Positions 1 to 8,468 of a stretch of DNA of 64,000 nt are shown here, in pieces (within the stretch, counting starts at the first letter, position 1; every line of letters begins with the position of its first letter). Source of the DNA: Eubacteriales bacterium (GTDB lineage Bacteria; Bacillota; Clostridia; Peptostreptococcales; Anaerovoracaceae); NCBI GenBank assembly GCA_029009055.1, contig JAQXJR010000035.1, positions 6,196 to 70,195 of the forward strand. The letters are read 5' to 3'. Made by a program: the position numbers and the translations under genes. Under the pieces are notes generated by a model that worked only from the letters and a program-made list of their open reading frames with translations, did not search any database and was not told where the DNA came from.

Positions 1-224
1 CATCTGGTGACTTCATCCTTCTCGTAAGGAACTGTTGGGTTCTCTACGAGATCCTTGATAGTCAGATTGGCCAGGACGATCTTAGCGGCTACCCTTTCTG
101 TTTCCCCTGAAGCAGCTATGCCCTGCAATCTGTCTGCTGATTTAGGCTCGTTAGCCTTAGCCAGAACGTCTTTCACGTCCTTGAAGGAGTAAACTTCACC
201 ATTCAGCTTCGCCTTTAGTATCAT
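1..224 (-). CDS. eutB: Ethanolamine ammonia-lyase large subunit, 5' part only (runs off the window)
   Basis: Not in the ORF track. Manual translation from ATG at 224 gives MILKAKLNGEVYSFKDVKDVLAKANEPKSADRLQGIAASGETERVAAKIVLANLTIKDLVENPTVPYEKDEVTR, the characteristic EutB N-terminus. RBS GAAAGAGGTGG lies upstream. Confidence 0.93.
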   Translation of the reverse strand, partial: MILKAKLNGEVYSFKDVKDVLAKANEPKSADRLQGIAASGETERVAAKIVLANLTIKDLVENPTVPYEKDEVTR

Positions 225-239
225 GTTTCCACCTCTTTC

Positions 240-303
240 AAAAAAATTAGCTCATGAAAACCTGAGCATCTGACTTATCATCAGATCCCCTGTTTCATGA
301 GCT
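240..303 (-). terminator. Intrinsic terminator in the eutB leader
   Basis: Perfect 11-bp stem AGCTCATGAAA (249-259) / TTTCATGAGCT (293-303) with an inner ATCTGA/TCAGAT stem, followed on the minus strand by AATTTTTTT just before the eutB RBS. Confidence 0.75.
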
Positions 304-340
304 TCGTCACTTCGTGCCCCTAAGGGCTTAGAAACAATTA

Positions 341-934
341 TTATTTATCTCTGAGCAGGAATATGTCATAGGCTAGACCGGCTGCGTCGCCTGGATCTAG
401 ACCGTATTTCCCGCTTACAGACTTTAAGTATTCCGCGGCGTCATCTTCTGTCATTCTCTTCTCTTCCATGAGAAGGCTCACCGCGTATTTCATATTTCTC
501 GCGCCCGAGAATTTCTTCTCTGTCGCGTCTAACTCTTCGTCCAGCTCCTTAAGTCTTCTTTTCCTCGCGAAACTGAATTTAAGTTTAGCCAGGAGGTCTC
601 CCTTCCTGATCGGACTGGAAAGGTATATGTCAGCCGCGCCTTTGCTCTCTTCACGAGAAGCTGACCTGCCATCGTCCTTTATGACTCCGGTCGTCATATA
701 CCTCTCTTCTCTGGAAAAGTAATCCAGAAGCTTCACTCTGCGTTCGCTGTCGAGGACACCCCCCAGTATCACTCCATCCGGATGCTCATATTCTACCGCC
801 AATACCAGGTCCATAACGTCTTCGAAACAACTGGTCTCGATATCGCCGCTATCTAATGTATTTTCGACCTCTTCCCGGGCTTTATCATCGTTCACATATA
901 TGAATACCCGCTGCGGATCGTCATTTCTTCCCAT
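341..934 (-). CDS. Pseudo-receiver plus ANTAR-like domain protein
   Basis: Receiver-like fold with PDGVILGG where PDLVILD is expected (no phospho-Asp), then a coiled coil and a C-terminal ANTAR-like segment KYAVSLLMEEKRMTEDDAAEYLK. Confidence 0.7.
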   Translation of the reverse strand: MGRNDDPQRVFIYVNDDKAREEVENTLDSGDIETSCFEDVMDLVLAVEYEHPDGVILGGVLDSERRVKLLDYFSREERYMTTGVIKDDGRSASREESKGAADIYLSSPIRKGDLLAKLKFSFARKRRLKELDEELDATEKKFSGARNMKYAVSLLMEEKRMTEDDAAEYLKSVSGKYGLDPGDAAGLAYDIFLLRDK

Positions 935-956
935 ATTTCTCTCTATCCATTTCAGG

Positions 957-2300
957 CTATTTTATCAAATCGAATGTCTCAGTCGTCCCTTTCGGACCGG
1001 AGCTCACTTCGAACTCTCCTCCTAGCCTGTCCTTTATCATATCCCTGATTATGCCCAGACCGTATCCCTCGGCAGGACTATCAGCATCGAACCCCCGCCC
1101 GTCATCACTGTAAACTATGGTAGAAGATATCAGATCGTCTTTAAGTTCTATCTTTATTCTGCCTTCATTTCTTCCTTCGAAGGCATGCTTAAGAGAGTTG
1201 CAAATAAGTTCATATATGACTGTTAGTACTACGTTACATACGTCAGTCGTCACCATTATATCGTCACCGGAGATGTCTACGGTCACATTTTTACTGGTGA
1301 GATCCAGGGATATCCTACTTAAGGTATATTCCAAAGTGGATTTAAGTTCCAGCTCGCTGCCATTTCTAAGTTTCAGCTCGTTTATAGACTGGAGCATCCT
1401 GATCCTGTCTGCCATATCTCTATAAGCCTGGGAATCCTCACTCTCAGCCCTGTCCATAGCATAGTTGGATAAGAACATGAGCCAGTCCTTAGCCGAGTGC
1501 CTCTCTTCGTGGATAAGAAGGTCCAGATCCTTTATTTTCTGTTCCCTCTTCATCTTCTCCGTTATATCATCCATTATGACCGCGTATTTCACATTCTCCA
1601 TGCCGAGCCTTACGACTCTGCCTTCGAAAGAATAGCCGTTCATATTGAATGTTATCTTATCGTCCGGAACATCCGCTATGACGTTCTCTATGCCCATGCC
1701 GAGGACACGCCCTACATATCCCGCTACTTTCAATAAATTATCAGAATACTTATTGGAATAGCATATCTTATCCTGATTATTCACTAAGAGCAGGGCTTCG
1801 TCGAACCCATTAAGAAGCTTTTCTATATAAGCTGGGAGCGACACTTCTTTAACTCCCGCTCTGTCATTACCGAAATACTCAGCCTCGGTATCATTAATGA
1901 GGTGCTCATATATGAGAACAGCCACTACCTTATCCATAAACTTTATTGGAAATACCTGCTGCATCATGGCTTTGCCGGAGAAGACCTCGGATCCGGACAC
2001 ATTTCTCGTAGCTAGACCCGTATTGAAAGTTCTCTCTACAGCCGGCTCGTTCTCCGTGAACATGATGTCCCCGTAGAGCGGCTTATCGTATATGGTCCCC
2101 TTCGCTTCAGGATAGGCCTCGCCCACAATTATCATGGACTTCCCCGTAACGGTCATGCAGTCTATATACACGTTACACTGCTCGTTTTCGGCGAATTTCT
2201 GGAGATTCTTAAGGTAAGGATATATAGCCTCTATTTCCTCGTCGCTGAGCGCCGTGTATTTACGGCACAGCTCCTCACATTCACGGATCTCGTTAGCCAT
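957..2300 (-). CDS. eutW: EutW/PdtaS-type sensor histidine kinase (H_kinase_N GAF + PAS-like + HisKA_2 + HATPase)
   Basis: N-terminus LCRKYTALSDEEIE..NVYIDC is typical of EutW. N-box ELICNSLKHAF, G1 DDGRGF and G2 GYGLGII are present. ATG at 2300 has RBS AGAGGTGG and overlaps the eutV stop. Confidence 0.85.
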   Translation of the reverse strand: MANEIRECEELCRKYTALSDEEIEAIYPYLKNLQKFAENEQCNVYIDCMTVTGKSMIIVGEAYPEAKGTIYDKPLYGDIMFTENEPAVERTFNTGLATRNVSGSEVFSGKAMMQQVFPIKFMDKVVAVLIYEHLINDTEAEYFGNDRAGVKEVSLPAYIEKLLNGFDEALLLVNNQDKICYSNKYSDNLLKVAGYVGRVLGMGIENVIADVPDDKITFNMNGYSFEGRVVRLGMENVKYAVIMDDITEKMKREQKIKDLDLLIHEERHSAKDWLMFLSNYAMDRAESEDSQAYRDMADRIRMLQSINELKLRNGSELELKSTLEYTLSRISLDLTSKNVTVDISGDDIMVTTDVCNVVLTVIYELICNSLKHAFEGRNEGRIKIELKDDLISSTIVYSDDGRGFDADSPAEGYGLGIIRDMIKDRLGGEFEVSSGPKGTTETFDLIK

Positions 2301-2889
2301 TAGGTCCACCTCTGGAAATAATGATTTCCGCCACCTCAGCCATAGACATCTTATGCTTCCTGCTGATCTCTCTCATATTATCGTAAGCCTGGGTCTCGCT
2401 CACAGAATATCTGCTCATAAGCATAAGTTTAGCCTTCTCTATGATTTCGCGGTTCTCAACACGCTTATTAACGTTATCTATCTTCTTACGCATCTCGAAG
2501 AACTCGGCGCTGCTCTTCATGACGCTTTCTATAGTAGGCACCAGGAGATTCTTATCTAAAGGCTTAGTCATGTATCCTGAAGCCCCGGCTTCTATGACTC
2601 TATCCACCGTATCGCTGTCATCGAACGATGTGAGCACTATTACGCACTTAGCCAGGCAGCTGGAAACTATCTTCTCCGTCGCCGCTATCCCGTCCATGAG
2701 CGGCATCTTAATATCCACTATAGCTAAATCCGGCTTAAGCTCTGAACACAGCTTTACCATCTCCAGCCCGTTATGCGCTTCGCCCTCTACTTCATAGCCG
2801 GCCTCTATAAGGCAGTCCTTCAAGTCTCTTAGTAGGAAACGGTCATCATCAGCTATTACAGTTTTAAGTTTAGATTTAGAATTCTTCAT
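2293..2889 (-). CDS. eutV: Response regulator with ANTAR RNA-binding output domain
   Basis: Receiver motifs IADDD, DLAIVDIKMP and YMTKP, plus C-terminal ANTAR REIIEKAKLMLMSRYSVSETQAYDNMREIS. The start was moved to ATG 2889 because the ORF-track start lies inside the leader terminator. Confidence 0.88.
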   Translation of the reverse strand: MKNSKSKLKTVIADDDRFLLRDLKDCLIEAGYEVEGEAHNGLEMVKLCSELKPDLAIVDIKMPLMDGIAATEKIVSSCLAKCVIVLTSFDDSDTVDRVIEAGASGYMTKPLDKNLLVPTIESVMKSSAEFFEMRKKIDNVNKRVENREIIEKAKLMLMSRYSVSETQAYDNMREISRKHKMSMAEVAEIIISRGGPNG

Positions 2890-2906
2890 AAATATTACCG
2901 GATAAC

Positions 2907-2980
2907 AAAAAAGCACACTAAAACATTCCTGTTTAAGTGCACTACGTCGTACAAAAAATGTTCAATTCGGATGCGTCTCC
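2907..2980 (-). promoter_or_regulatory. Antitermination leader of eutV: two small hairpins plus an overlapping terminator
   Basis: Minus strand: GGA-GACGCA-TCC (2969-2980), a 16-nt linker, GTAC-GACGTA-GTGC (2939-2952) overlapping terminator GCACTTAAAC-AGGAAT-GTTTTAGTGTGC-TTTTTT (2907-2940). Confidence 0.7.
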
Positions 2981-2996
2981 TGATTTCGTCTGAAAT

Positions 2997-3025
2997 ATTT
3001 TATCATCTGATACGTTCGTTGTCAA
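2997..3025 (-). promoter_or_regulatory. Sigma-A promoter for the eutVW operon
   Basis: TTGACA-17 bp-TAAAAT with an extended -10 TG. Confidence 0.8.
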
Positions 3026-3242
3026 TTACATGAAAACACACACATCGATTCCGAATCTATAAAAAATGATTCCAATTCTCTATACTCAAATATATAATAA
3101 AAGTTGTTTAATGAATTTCTTTCGAATATTTTATATTTATTTTGCAAAGAAATCCCGGCACATGTGCCCGGGCGGCTGCCCCAGGTGGTAGCAGGCGGTC
3201 TGTGATTTACTGTACTACTAAAACTAACATTTGGTGGATTAT

Positions 3243-4574
3243 ATGAACTTCAAGGCAATAATAAAAAACGTTAATAAATATGGTATATCCGGCACCATCA
3301 GACTTAGAAACGATAAGAAGAGGATCACTGAAATCGTCGATAATTATCGAGCTGATTTTCTGAAAGAGAATGGTGTCAAATCTTTAGATGAGTTAGATAA
3401 GAAAGCTCTTAAAAAATACAGGAAGTCTCTGGAACGTAAATATATGTTCGAGATCCTACCAGCGGAATACGATGAATATAAGGACAGGCCGATCCAGAAT
3501 AAAGTAATAATGATGGAAAACGGCCATGCTCCTTCGCCTAGCCAGTCACACCTGGCTGACGTCATAAGGAAGCAGGGTAAATATAAGGTAGTCATGATGA
3601 GCATGAACCGCCAGGATGTGTCGTTAGAAGAGTATCTGGAAAACGGCAGAAAATTCGTGAGAGAGATAGCGGACGCTAAGGCTGTGTTCCTGTCTACGTC
3701 TAACTTCTTCCTATCCGGCTTCGACCTCAGACCGGAAACGAAGCTCATCCAGCTCTGGCACGGTGTTGGAACTTTTAAGAAAATCGGCTTCAGCACGGTA
3801 AACAGTAAGGGTTTCGGCCTGTCAGAATCTGAGAGAAAGAAAATCGACCTTTACAGGAACTATGACTATGTGACCATTGCTGCTGAATCTCAGCTCCCAA
3901 TATTTGAGGAAGCATTGAGGATACCGGCTTCTTCAGGTAAACTGGCTCCTATAGGGGTATCCCGTACTGACGTTTTCTACGATCAGGAATACATCCAGCA
4001 CACACACGAGAGATTCCTTAAAGCCATGCCACAGATCGAGGGAAAGAAGATCATCCTCTACGCGCCGACATTCCGCGGCCGCACGGCTAAAGCTAAGGCT
4101 CCTGACCGGCTGGATATAGCTAAGATGGCCGAAAGGCTTTCTGACGACTATGTCCTCCTCATAAAACACCACGGTTTGGCTCATAATATACCTGATATAC
4201 CTGAGGAATATAAGGATAAATTCGCTTTCGATGCCAGAGACCATAAGAATTTCGGCATAGAGCGCTGGCTGTCCGAAGCCGACATCCTGATCACCGATTA
4301 CTCTTCCGTCGCCTTCGAGTTCGCCCTGAAGGAGAAACCGATTATCTTCTTCTGCTACGATCTGGAGGAGTACGTGGAAGAGCGCGGCTTATATAACGAT
4401 TTCGAGACATTCGTGCCTGGGCCTGTGGTCAAGACGACAGACGAGATATGCGATTACATAGAGCACATAGACGAGAGATTCGATAAGCAAAGGGTAATAG
4501 ACTTCAAGCGCGACCAGGTCGGAGCCTGCGACGGACACGCTACAGAAAGAACTATAGAATTGATAGAAAAGTAA
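3243..4574 (+). CDS. CDP-glycerol glycerophosphotransferase family protein (TagB/TagF-like)
   Basis: Motifs QLWHGVGTFKKIG, ILYAPTFRG and LITDYSSVAFEF. Confidence 0.85.
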   Translation: MNFKAIIKNVNKYGISGTIRLRNDKKRITEIVDNYRADFLKENGVKSLDELDKKALKKYRKSLERKYMFEILPAEYDEYKDRPIQNKVIMMENGHAPSPSQSHLADVIRKQGKYKVVMMSMNRQDVSLEEYLENGRKFVREIADAKAVFLSTSNFFLSGFDLRPETKLIQLWHGVGTFKKIGFSTVNSKGFGLSESERKKIDLYRNYDYVTIAAESQLPIFEEALRIPASSGKLAPIGVSRTDVFYDQEYIQHTHERFLKAMPQIEGKKIILYAPTFRGRTAKAKAPDRLDIAKMAERLSDDYVLLIKHHGLAHNIPDIPEEYKDKFAFDARDHKNFGIERWLSEADILITDYSSVAFEFALKEKPIIFFCYDLEEYVEERGLYNDFETFVPGPVVKTTDEICDYIEHIDERFDKQRVIDFKRDQVGACDGHATERTIELIEK

Positions 4575-4630
4575 AATTTACAGAATAATTCCTGGTCCAA
4601 CGGCTCAGGAAAACTGATTTTCTCGAACTT

Positions 4631-4664
4631 AAAAAGGCGGCCTCAAATCTAGAGACCGCCTTTT
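4631..4664. terminator. Bidirectional intrinsic terminator
   Basis: AAAAAGGCGGCCTC-AAATCTA-GAGACCGCC-TTTT between convergent genes. Confidence 0.8.
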
Positions 4665-4734
4665 ACTATGTCTTTAATCATAAGACTCAACCCGAAACCG
4701 GAATGCTCTTATCACTTCAATACTTAACAAGCGA

Positions 4735-5412
4735 TTATTGCTTCGCGGAAGCCAGGATCCAGGCTATCCCCTTAGCCGTCCTCTTATCGCTGTCTACGAA
4801 ATGATTACCCTTATTCCACTCCAGGGTGTTCTGACGGTCAGAATCTTCGAATATCTCTGCCTGGCGCTTTATGCAGCTTCCTACTTTCGACATGACCTGG
4901 TTCTTCGTCTTTTCCTCCCTGTCACCCAGACTCAGATATACAGGGACTTTCCGGTCGCCATCCAGTGCTGCTTCCTTCTTCTCAGAATACTCTATCCATC
5001 CCGGATACCAAACAGAAGGTGAAGCAGCAGCCGCGCCACAGAAGGCGTCTGACTCGTATATACTCCAGAGCGCGAACAATCCCGCCAGACTGTAGCCGGC
5101 AATATAGAATCTCCTTCCCGGTTTTTCAAGCTTTGGAAGCAGCTCGTCCGTTAATGCCTTAAGAGTATCTGACGCCTCGGAGCCGAACGGAGTCTTTCCG
5201 AATACAGGCGGCGCTTCCCAGGGTGTAAGGTCCTGAAACCAGTCGTCCACCTTAACGGTCACAACGCACCAGTCATCGCTTCCCGTAAGGCATCGAACCG
5301 CCTCGACCTCCCCGTCCATGACTTCCATATCATTCTCATCAGTCATCTGGATGAAATAATTCAGAGAGTCTTTATTACCGAAAAATTCGATTTTATCATC
5401 ACTTATCCGCAT
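4735..5412 (-). CDS. Putative esterase, alpha/beta hydrolase fold (IroE/Fes-like)
   Basis: Nucleophile elbow GYSLAG, ASPSVW and C-terminal GNH. Confidence 0.75.
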   Translation of the reverse strand: MRISDDKIEFFGNKDSLNYFIQMTDENDMEVMDGEVEAVRCLTGSDDWCVVTVKVDDWFQDLTPWEAPPVFGKTPFGSEASDTLKALTDELLPKLEKPGRRFYIAGYSLAGLFALWSIYESDAFCGAAAASPSVWYPGWIEYSEKKEAALDGDRKVPVYLSLGDREEKTKNQVMSKVGSCIKRQAEIFEDSDRQNTLEWNKGNHFVDSDKRTAKGIAWILASAKQ

Positions 5413-5453
5413 TGCCAGCTCCTATAATCATAAAATCAATGCCGGGCGAAAAC

Positions 5454-6002
5454 CTACTTAATATTAAGAGTATATGAAGCCTTAGCGTTCTTAACGCCGT
5501 AAAGATATGAAGCTATGTAATACTTCTGCCCCTTCTTCAGCTTAAGCTTAGCGTAACGGGTCTTCATCGGATCCGATGTCTTCTTCGGCTTCTTCGTTCC
5601 GTTAACGTAGTGGATCTTATAGTATTTCGGCGAGCAGACATGGAAACTCGTGCTCTTACCGAAGTTCGTCTTAGCCTTCAGCTTTATCATGTATCCGTAG
5701 CGGTTCTCTTTAATGGCAGCGAACCCGTTCACTCTCTTATTCTGTCCCTTATAATTTCTGACTTTCGAGAAGGTGATCGTGTATGTCCTAGTCTCTGGCG
5801 CCTTGAACTTAACGATGGCTCCCCTCTTCTTTATTTTCACTCGGGTAGTACCCTTCTTAACAGCAGGGGCTTTGCTCGGTTTAGTCGTTCCCGTCGTGAC
5901 CTTTCTGGTGGCAGCGCCCGCCGTAATAAAAGAAGCCAGGCAGAATACCAGGGCCAGGGCTGTGGCTGTTATGGCAGTCAAAAACTTAGAGCTTTTACTC
6001 AT
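5454..6002 (-). CDS. Secreted lysine-rich hypothetical protein
   Basis: Signal-peptide-like N-terminus (MSKSSK-hydrophobic stretch-AGA), highly basic beta-rich mature part, and RBS AAGGAGG. Confidence 0.65.
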   Translation of the reverse strand: MSKSSKFLTAITATALALVFCLASFITAGAATRKVTTGTTKPSKAPAVKKGTTRVKIKKRGAIVKFKAPETRTYTITFSKVRNYKGQNKRVNGFAAIKENRYGYMIKLKAKTNFGKSTSFHVCSPKYYKIHYVNGTKKPKKTSDPMKTRYAKLKLKKGQKYYIASYLYGVKNAKASYTLNIK

Positions 6003-6133
6003 GTATATCCTCCTTAGCGTGAATTTCTTAATTATTTTTCATATTCTACCATAAATGTCTATACATGTGCAAATCCCACCCGCAGCGCCAGGCTTGCGCG
6101 GAGGCGGCATGCGCCGGGTTTTCTTTGCAAAGT

Positions 6134-6164
6134 AAAAGCCGGTCAGGGTATGGCCCCTGCCGGC
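6134..6164 (-). terminator. Intrinsic terminator after metY
   Basis: Minus strand GCCGG-CAGGG-GCCATA-CCCTGA-CCGGC-TTTT. Confidence 0.7.
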
Positions 6165-6194
6165 AGCTAAAGTATTAAAAAGGAATTGTGATGG

Positions 6195-7496
6195 CTATTT
6201 ATTAAGTTCTGCTACGGCCTTGAAGCCCTGCTCGAGGTCCCAGATGATATCGTCGATGTTCTCTGTTCCGATGGAAAGACGGATCGTATTCTCGGCGATT
6301 CCTGCTGCGGCGAGCTGCTCAGGTGTCATCTCAGCGTGTGTAGTGTCATATGGGTGGATGACGAGGGACTTAACGTCCGCTACGTTAGCCAGGTTGGAGA
6401 AGATCGTCAGCGCGTCTATGAACGCGTAAGCCTCTTCCTTACCTCCCTTAATGTTGAATGTGAATATGGAAGCTCCGCCGTTAGGGAAGTATCTCTCATA
6501 GAGAGCGTGGTCCGGATGGTCAGGAAGCGAAGGATGATTTACCTTCTCTACGAGAGGCTGCTTCTGCAGGAACTCTACAACTTTCTTAGTGTTCTCCACA
6601 TGTCTCTCGATTCTGAGTGACAGTGTCTCCAGGCCCTGAAGGAGGAACCAGGCAGCTATAGGTGAAATGGCCGCGCCAGTATCTCTGAGCAGGATGGCCC
6701 TAATGTATGTGACGAATGCCGCAGGGCCGGCTGCCTGTACGAAGGAAACTCCGTGGTAGCTTGGGTTAGGCTCTGTGAACTGAGGATATTTACCGGATGC
6801 TTCCCAGTCGAACTTTCCGCCATCTACGATGATGCCGCCGAGTGTAGTTCCGTGACCGCCGATGAATTTAGTAGCGGAATGGACTACGATATCAGCTCCG
6901 TGCTCCAGAGGTCTGATGAGGAAAGGCGTGCCGAATGTGTTATCGATCACTACAGGGATCTGATGAGCGTGTGCTATCTTAGCAACACCCTCGATATCAG
7001 GAATGTCTGAGTTAGGATTTCCCAGTGTCTCGATGAATACGGCCTTAGTCTTATCATTAATAGCGTTTTCTACCTCGTCCAGGTCGTGTACGTTTACGAA
7101 TGAAGTTTCTATGCCGTACTTAGGAAGTGTCTGGTCGAGGAGGTTGTATGATCCGCCGTAGATGCTGTTCTGAGCTACGATATTGTCACCCTGTCCCGCG
7201 AGAGCGAGGATGGAGTATGTGACCGCCGCTGCTCCTGCTGCTACGGCCAGTCCGCCTACTCCGCCTTCCAGAGCGGCTACTCTGTCTTCGAGAACGCCCT
7301 GTGTGGAGTTAGTGAGTCTGCCGTAAATGTTTCCGGCGTCTCTTAAGTTGAATCTGTCCGCGGCGTGCTGAGCGCTGTGGAAAACGTATGATGTCGTCTG
7401 GTAAATTGGAACAGCTCTGGAATCTGTAACCGGATCCGCCTGTTCCTGTCCTACATGCAGCTGCTTAGTCTCAAATTTAAATTCATGTTCACTCAT
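6195..7496 (-). CDS. metY: O-acetylhomoserine/O-acetylserine sulfhydrylase (PLP-dependent)
   Basis: FETKQLHVGQ, SRAVPIYQTTSY, IYGRLTN, HSATKFIGGHG (PLP lysine), NLANVADVKSLVIHP and IRLSIGTE. Confidence 0.93.
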   Translation of the reverse strand: MSEHEFKFETKQLHVGQEQADPVTDSRAVPIYQTTSYVFHSAQHAADRFNLRDAGNIYGRLTNSTQGVLEDRVAALEGGVGGLAVAAGAAAVTYSILALAGQGDNIVAQNSIYGGSYNLLDQTLPKYGIETSFVNVHDLDEVENAINDKTKAVFIETLGNPNSDIPDIEGVAKIAHAHQIPVVIDNTFGTPFLIRPLEHGADIVVHSATKFIGGHGTTLGGIIVDGGKFDWEASGKYPQFTEPNPSYHGVSFVQAAGPAAFVTYIRAILLRDTGAAISPIAAWFLLQGLETLSLRIERHVENTKKVVEFLQKQPLVEKVNHPSLPDHPDHALYERYFPNGGASIFTFNIKGGKEEAYAFIDALTIFSNLANVADVKSLVIHPYDTTHAEMTPEQLAAAGIAENTIRLSIGTENIDDIIWDLEQGFKAVAELNK

Positions 7497-7587
7497 TTTC
7501 TCGTCCCCTTTTCTTTGATCTTTATATGATATGGAAATTTTTGTTTGCGAATTTCTATAAATTCATTTCCCTAGTTGGTATGTATGT

Positions 7588-7616
7588 AATATAGCCCGAA
7601 GCGAGATCAAAGTCAA
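7588..7616 (-). promoter_or_regulatory. Sigma-A promoter for metY
   Basis: TTGACT-17 bp-TATATT. Confidence 0.6.
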
Positions 7617-7766
7617 CGGTTTTCCTTATAATTTCAATGCTTACAGCCATTGTTATATTAAATCTGTAGTTATTAGTATTATTTATATCAAACAATTTCG
7701 TTATAAATTCAATGGCTAGCGAGTTTCGAAAACCATAAAATATGGAGTTATTTGAAGCCCATATAA

Positions 7767-7813
7767 TAAAAATAGGCAGGGCCAGTAGATTAAATTATCT
7801 ATTGGCACTGCCC
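7767..7813 (-). terminator. Intrinsic terminator after the toxin gene
   Basis: Long imperfect stem GGGCAGTGCCAATAGAT/ATCTACTGGCCCTGCCT followed by a T-tract on the minus strand. Confidence 0.7.
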
Positions 7814-7829
7814 AATTATCATTGGTTCG

Positions 7830-8120
7830 TTACTCATAATGAGTCCACATACGAACGATTTTAATATAGCCATCATATTGTATATCGCCTTCAGTGAATG
7901 GCTCCTGATATATTCGATATACAAGGCGATGCTGGATATTGATTCGTCTGGAGTAGAGCCCACTGAGATTTCCAACTAAAGCTTCGTATCTAGGGGGATT
8001 TTCAAACGGATCCTCTCTGATAACATCGATCAAGCTTTTAGCTTTACCGTCAAGCCCAGAGGATTTTAGCTTCTTAATATCCTTTATCGCCTGCCGGTCA
8101 TATACTATCTTATAACTCAC
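7830..8120 (-). CDS. yoeB: Txe/YoeB family toxin (type II TA)
   Basis: DPFENPPRYEALVGNLSGLYSRRINIQHRLVY and C-terminal MWTHYE. The GTG start at 8120 overlaps the antitoxin TGA (GTGA). Confidence 0.9.
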   Translation of the reverse strand: MSYKIVYDRQAIKDIKKLKSSGLDGKAKSLIDVIREDPFENPPRYEALVGNLSGLYSRRINIQHRLVYRIYQEPFTEGDIQYDGYIKIVRMWTHYE

Positions 8121-8368
8121 CAATCCACCTCTTCTTCCGGTACGCATGATTCGATTGAAGAATCCCTACCTTCAATCAGCGATTCAGTCATTCCCGGAAT
8201 CGAATCCAGATATAGAGTTTCCTGTATAGCGCTCCAATCATCCTCACCAATGAGAACGCCATTCTTCCCCCTGGCGTTGGTGATCGTAATTGGTGTACTG
8301 CTTTCGTTCACATCGTTTAACAGCTGATATATATTTTCCCTGGCCTTCGTTACACTGATAGCAGCCAT
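8117..8368 (-). CDS. yefM: Phd/YefM family antitoxin
   Basis: ISVTKARENIYQLLNDV..PITIT..GKNGVLIGEDDWSAIQETLYL, directly upstream of the toxin. Confidence 0.9.
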   Translation of the reverse strand: MAAISVTKARENIYQLLNDVNESSTPITITNARGKNGVLIGEDDWSAIQETLYLDSIPGMTESLIEGRDSSIESCVPEEEVDW

Positions 8369-8392
8369 ATCTATTCACTTCCTCTCATGCAT

Positions 8393-8421
8393 ATTATAGC
8401 GTACGCTATTCCGTACGTCAA
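8393..8421 (-). promoter_or_regulatory. TA promoter with overlapping palindromic operator
   Basis: TTGACG-17 bp-TATAAT. A perfect palindrome ATAGCGTACGCTAT (8396-8409) and a second CGTACG core lie within the promoter. Confidence 0.8.
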
Positions 8422-8468
8422 CTTTTCTATAAATAATATTTTCCAATCTCGTTAACGATTCACGCTAG

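Noticed and set aside
7497-7590. SAM (S-box) or T-box riboswitch upstream of metY
   Set aside because: The leader is short and AT-rich and lacks the conserved motifs or a terminator.
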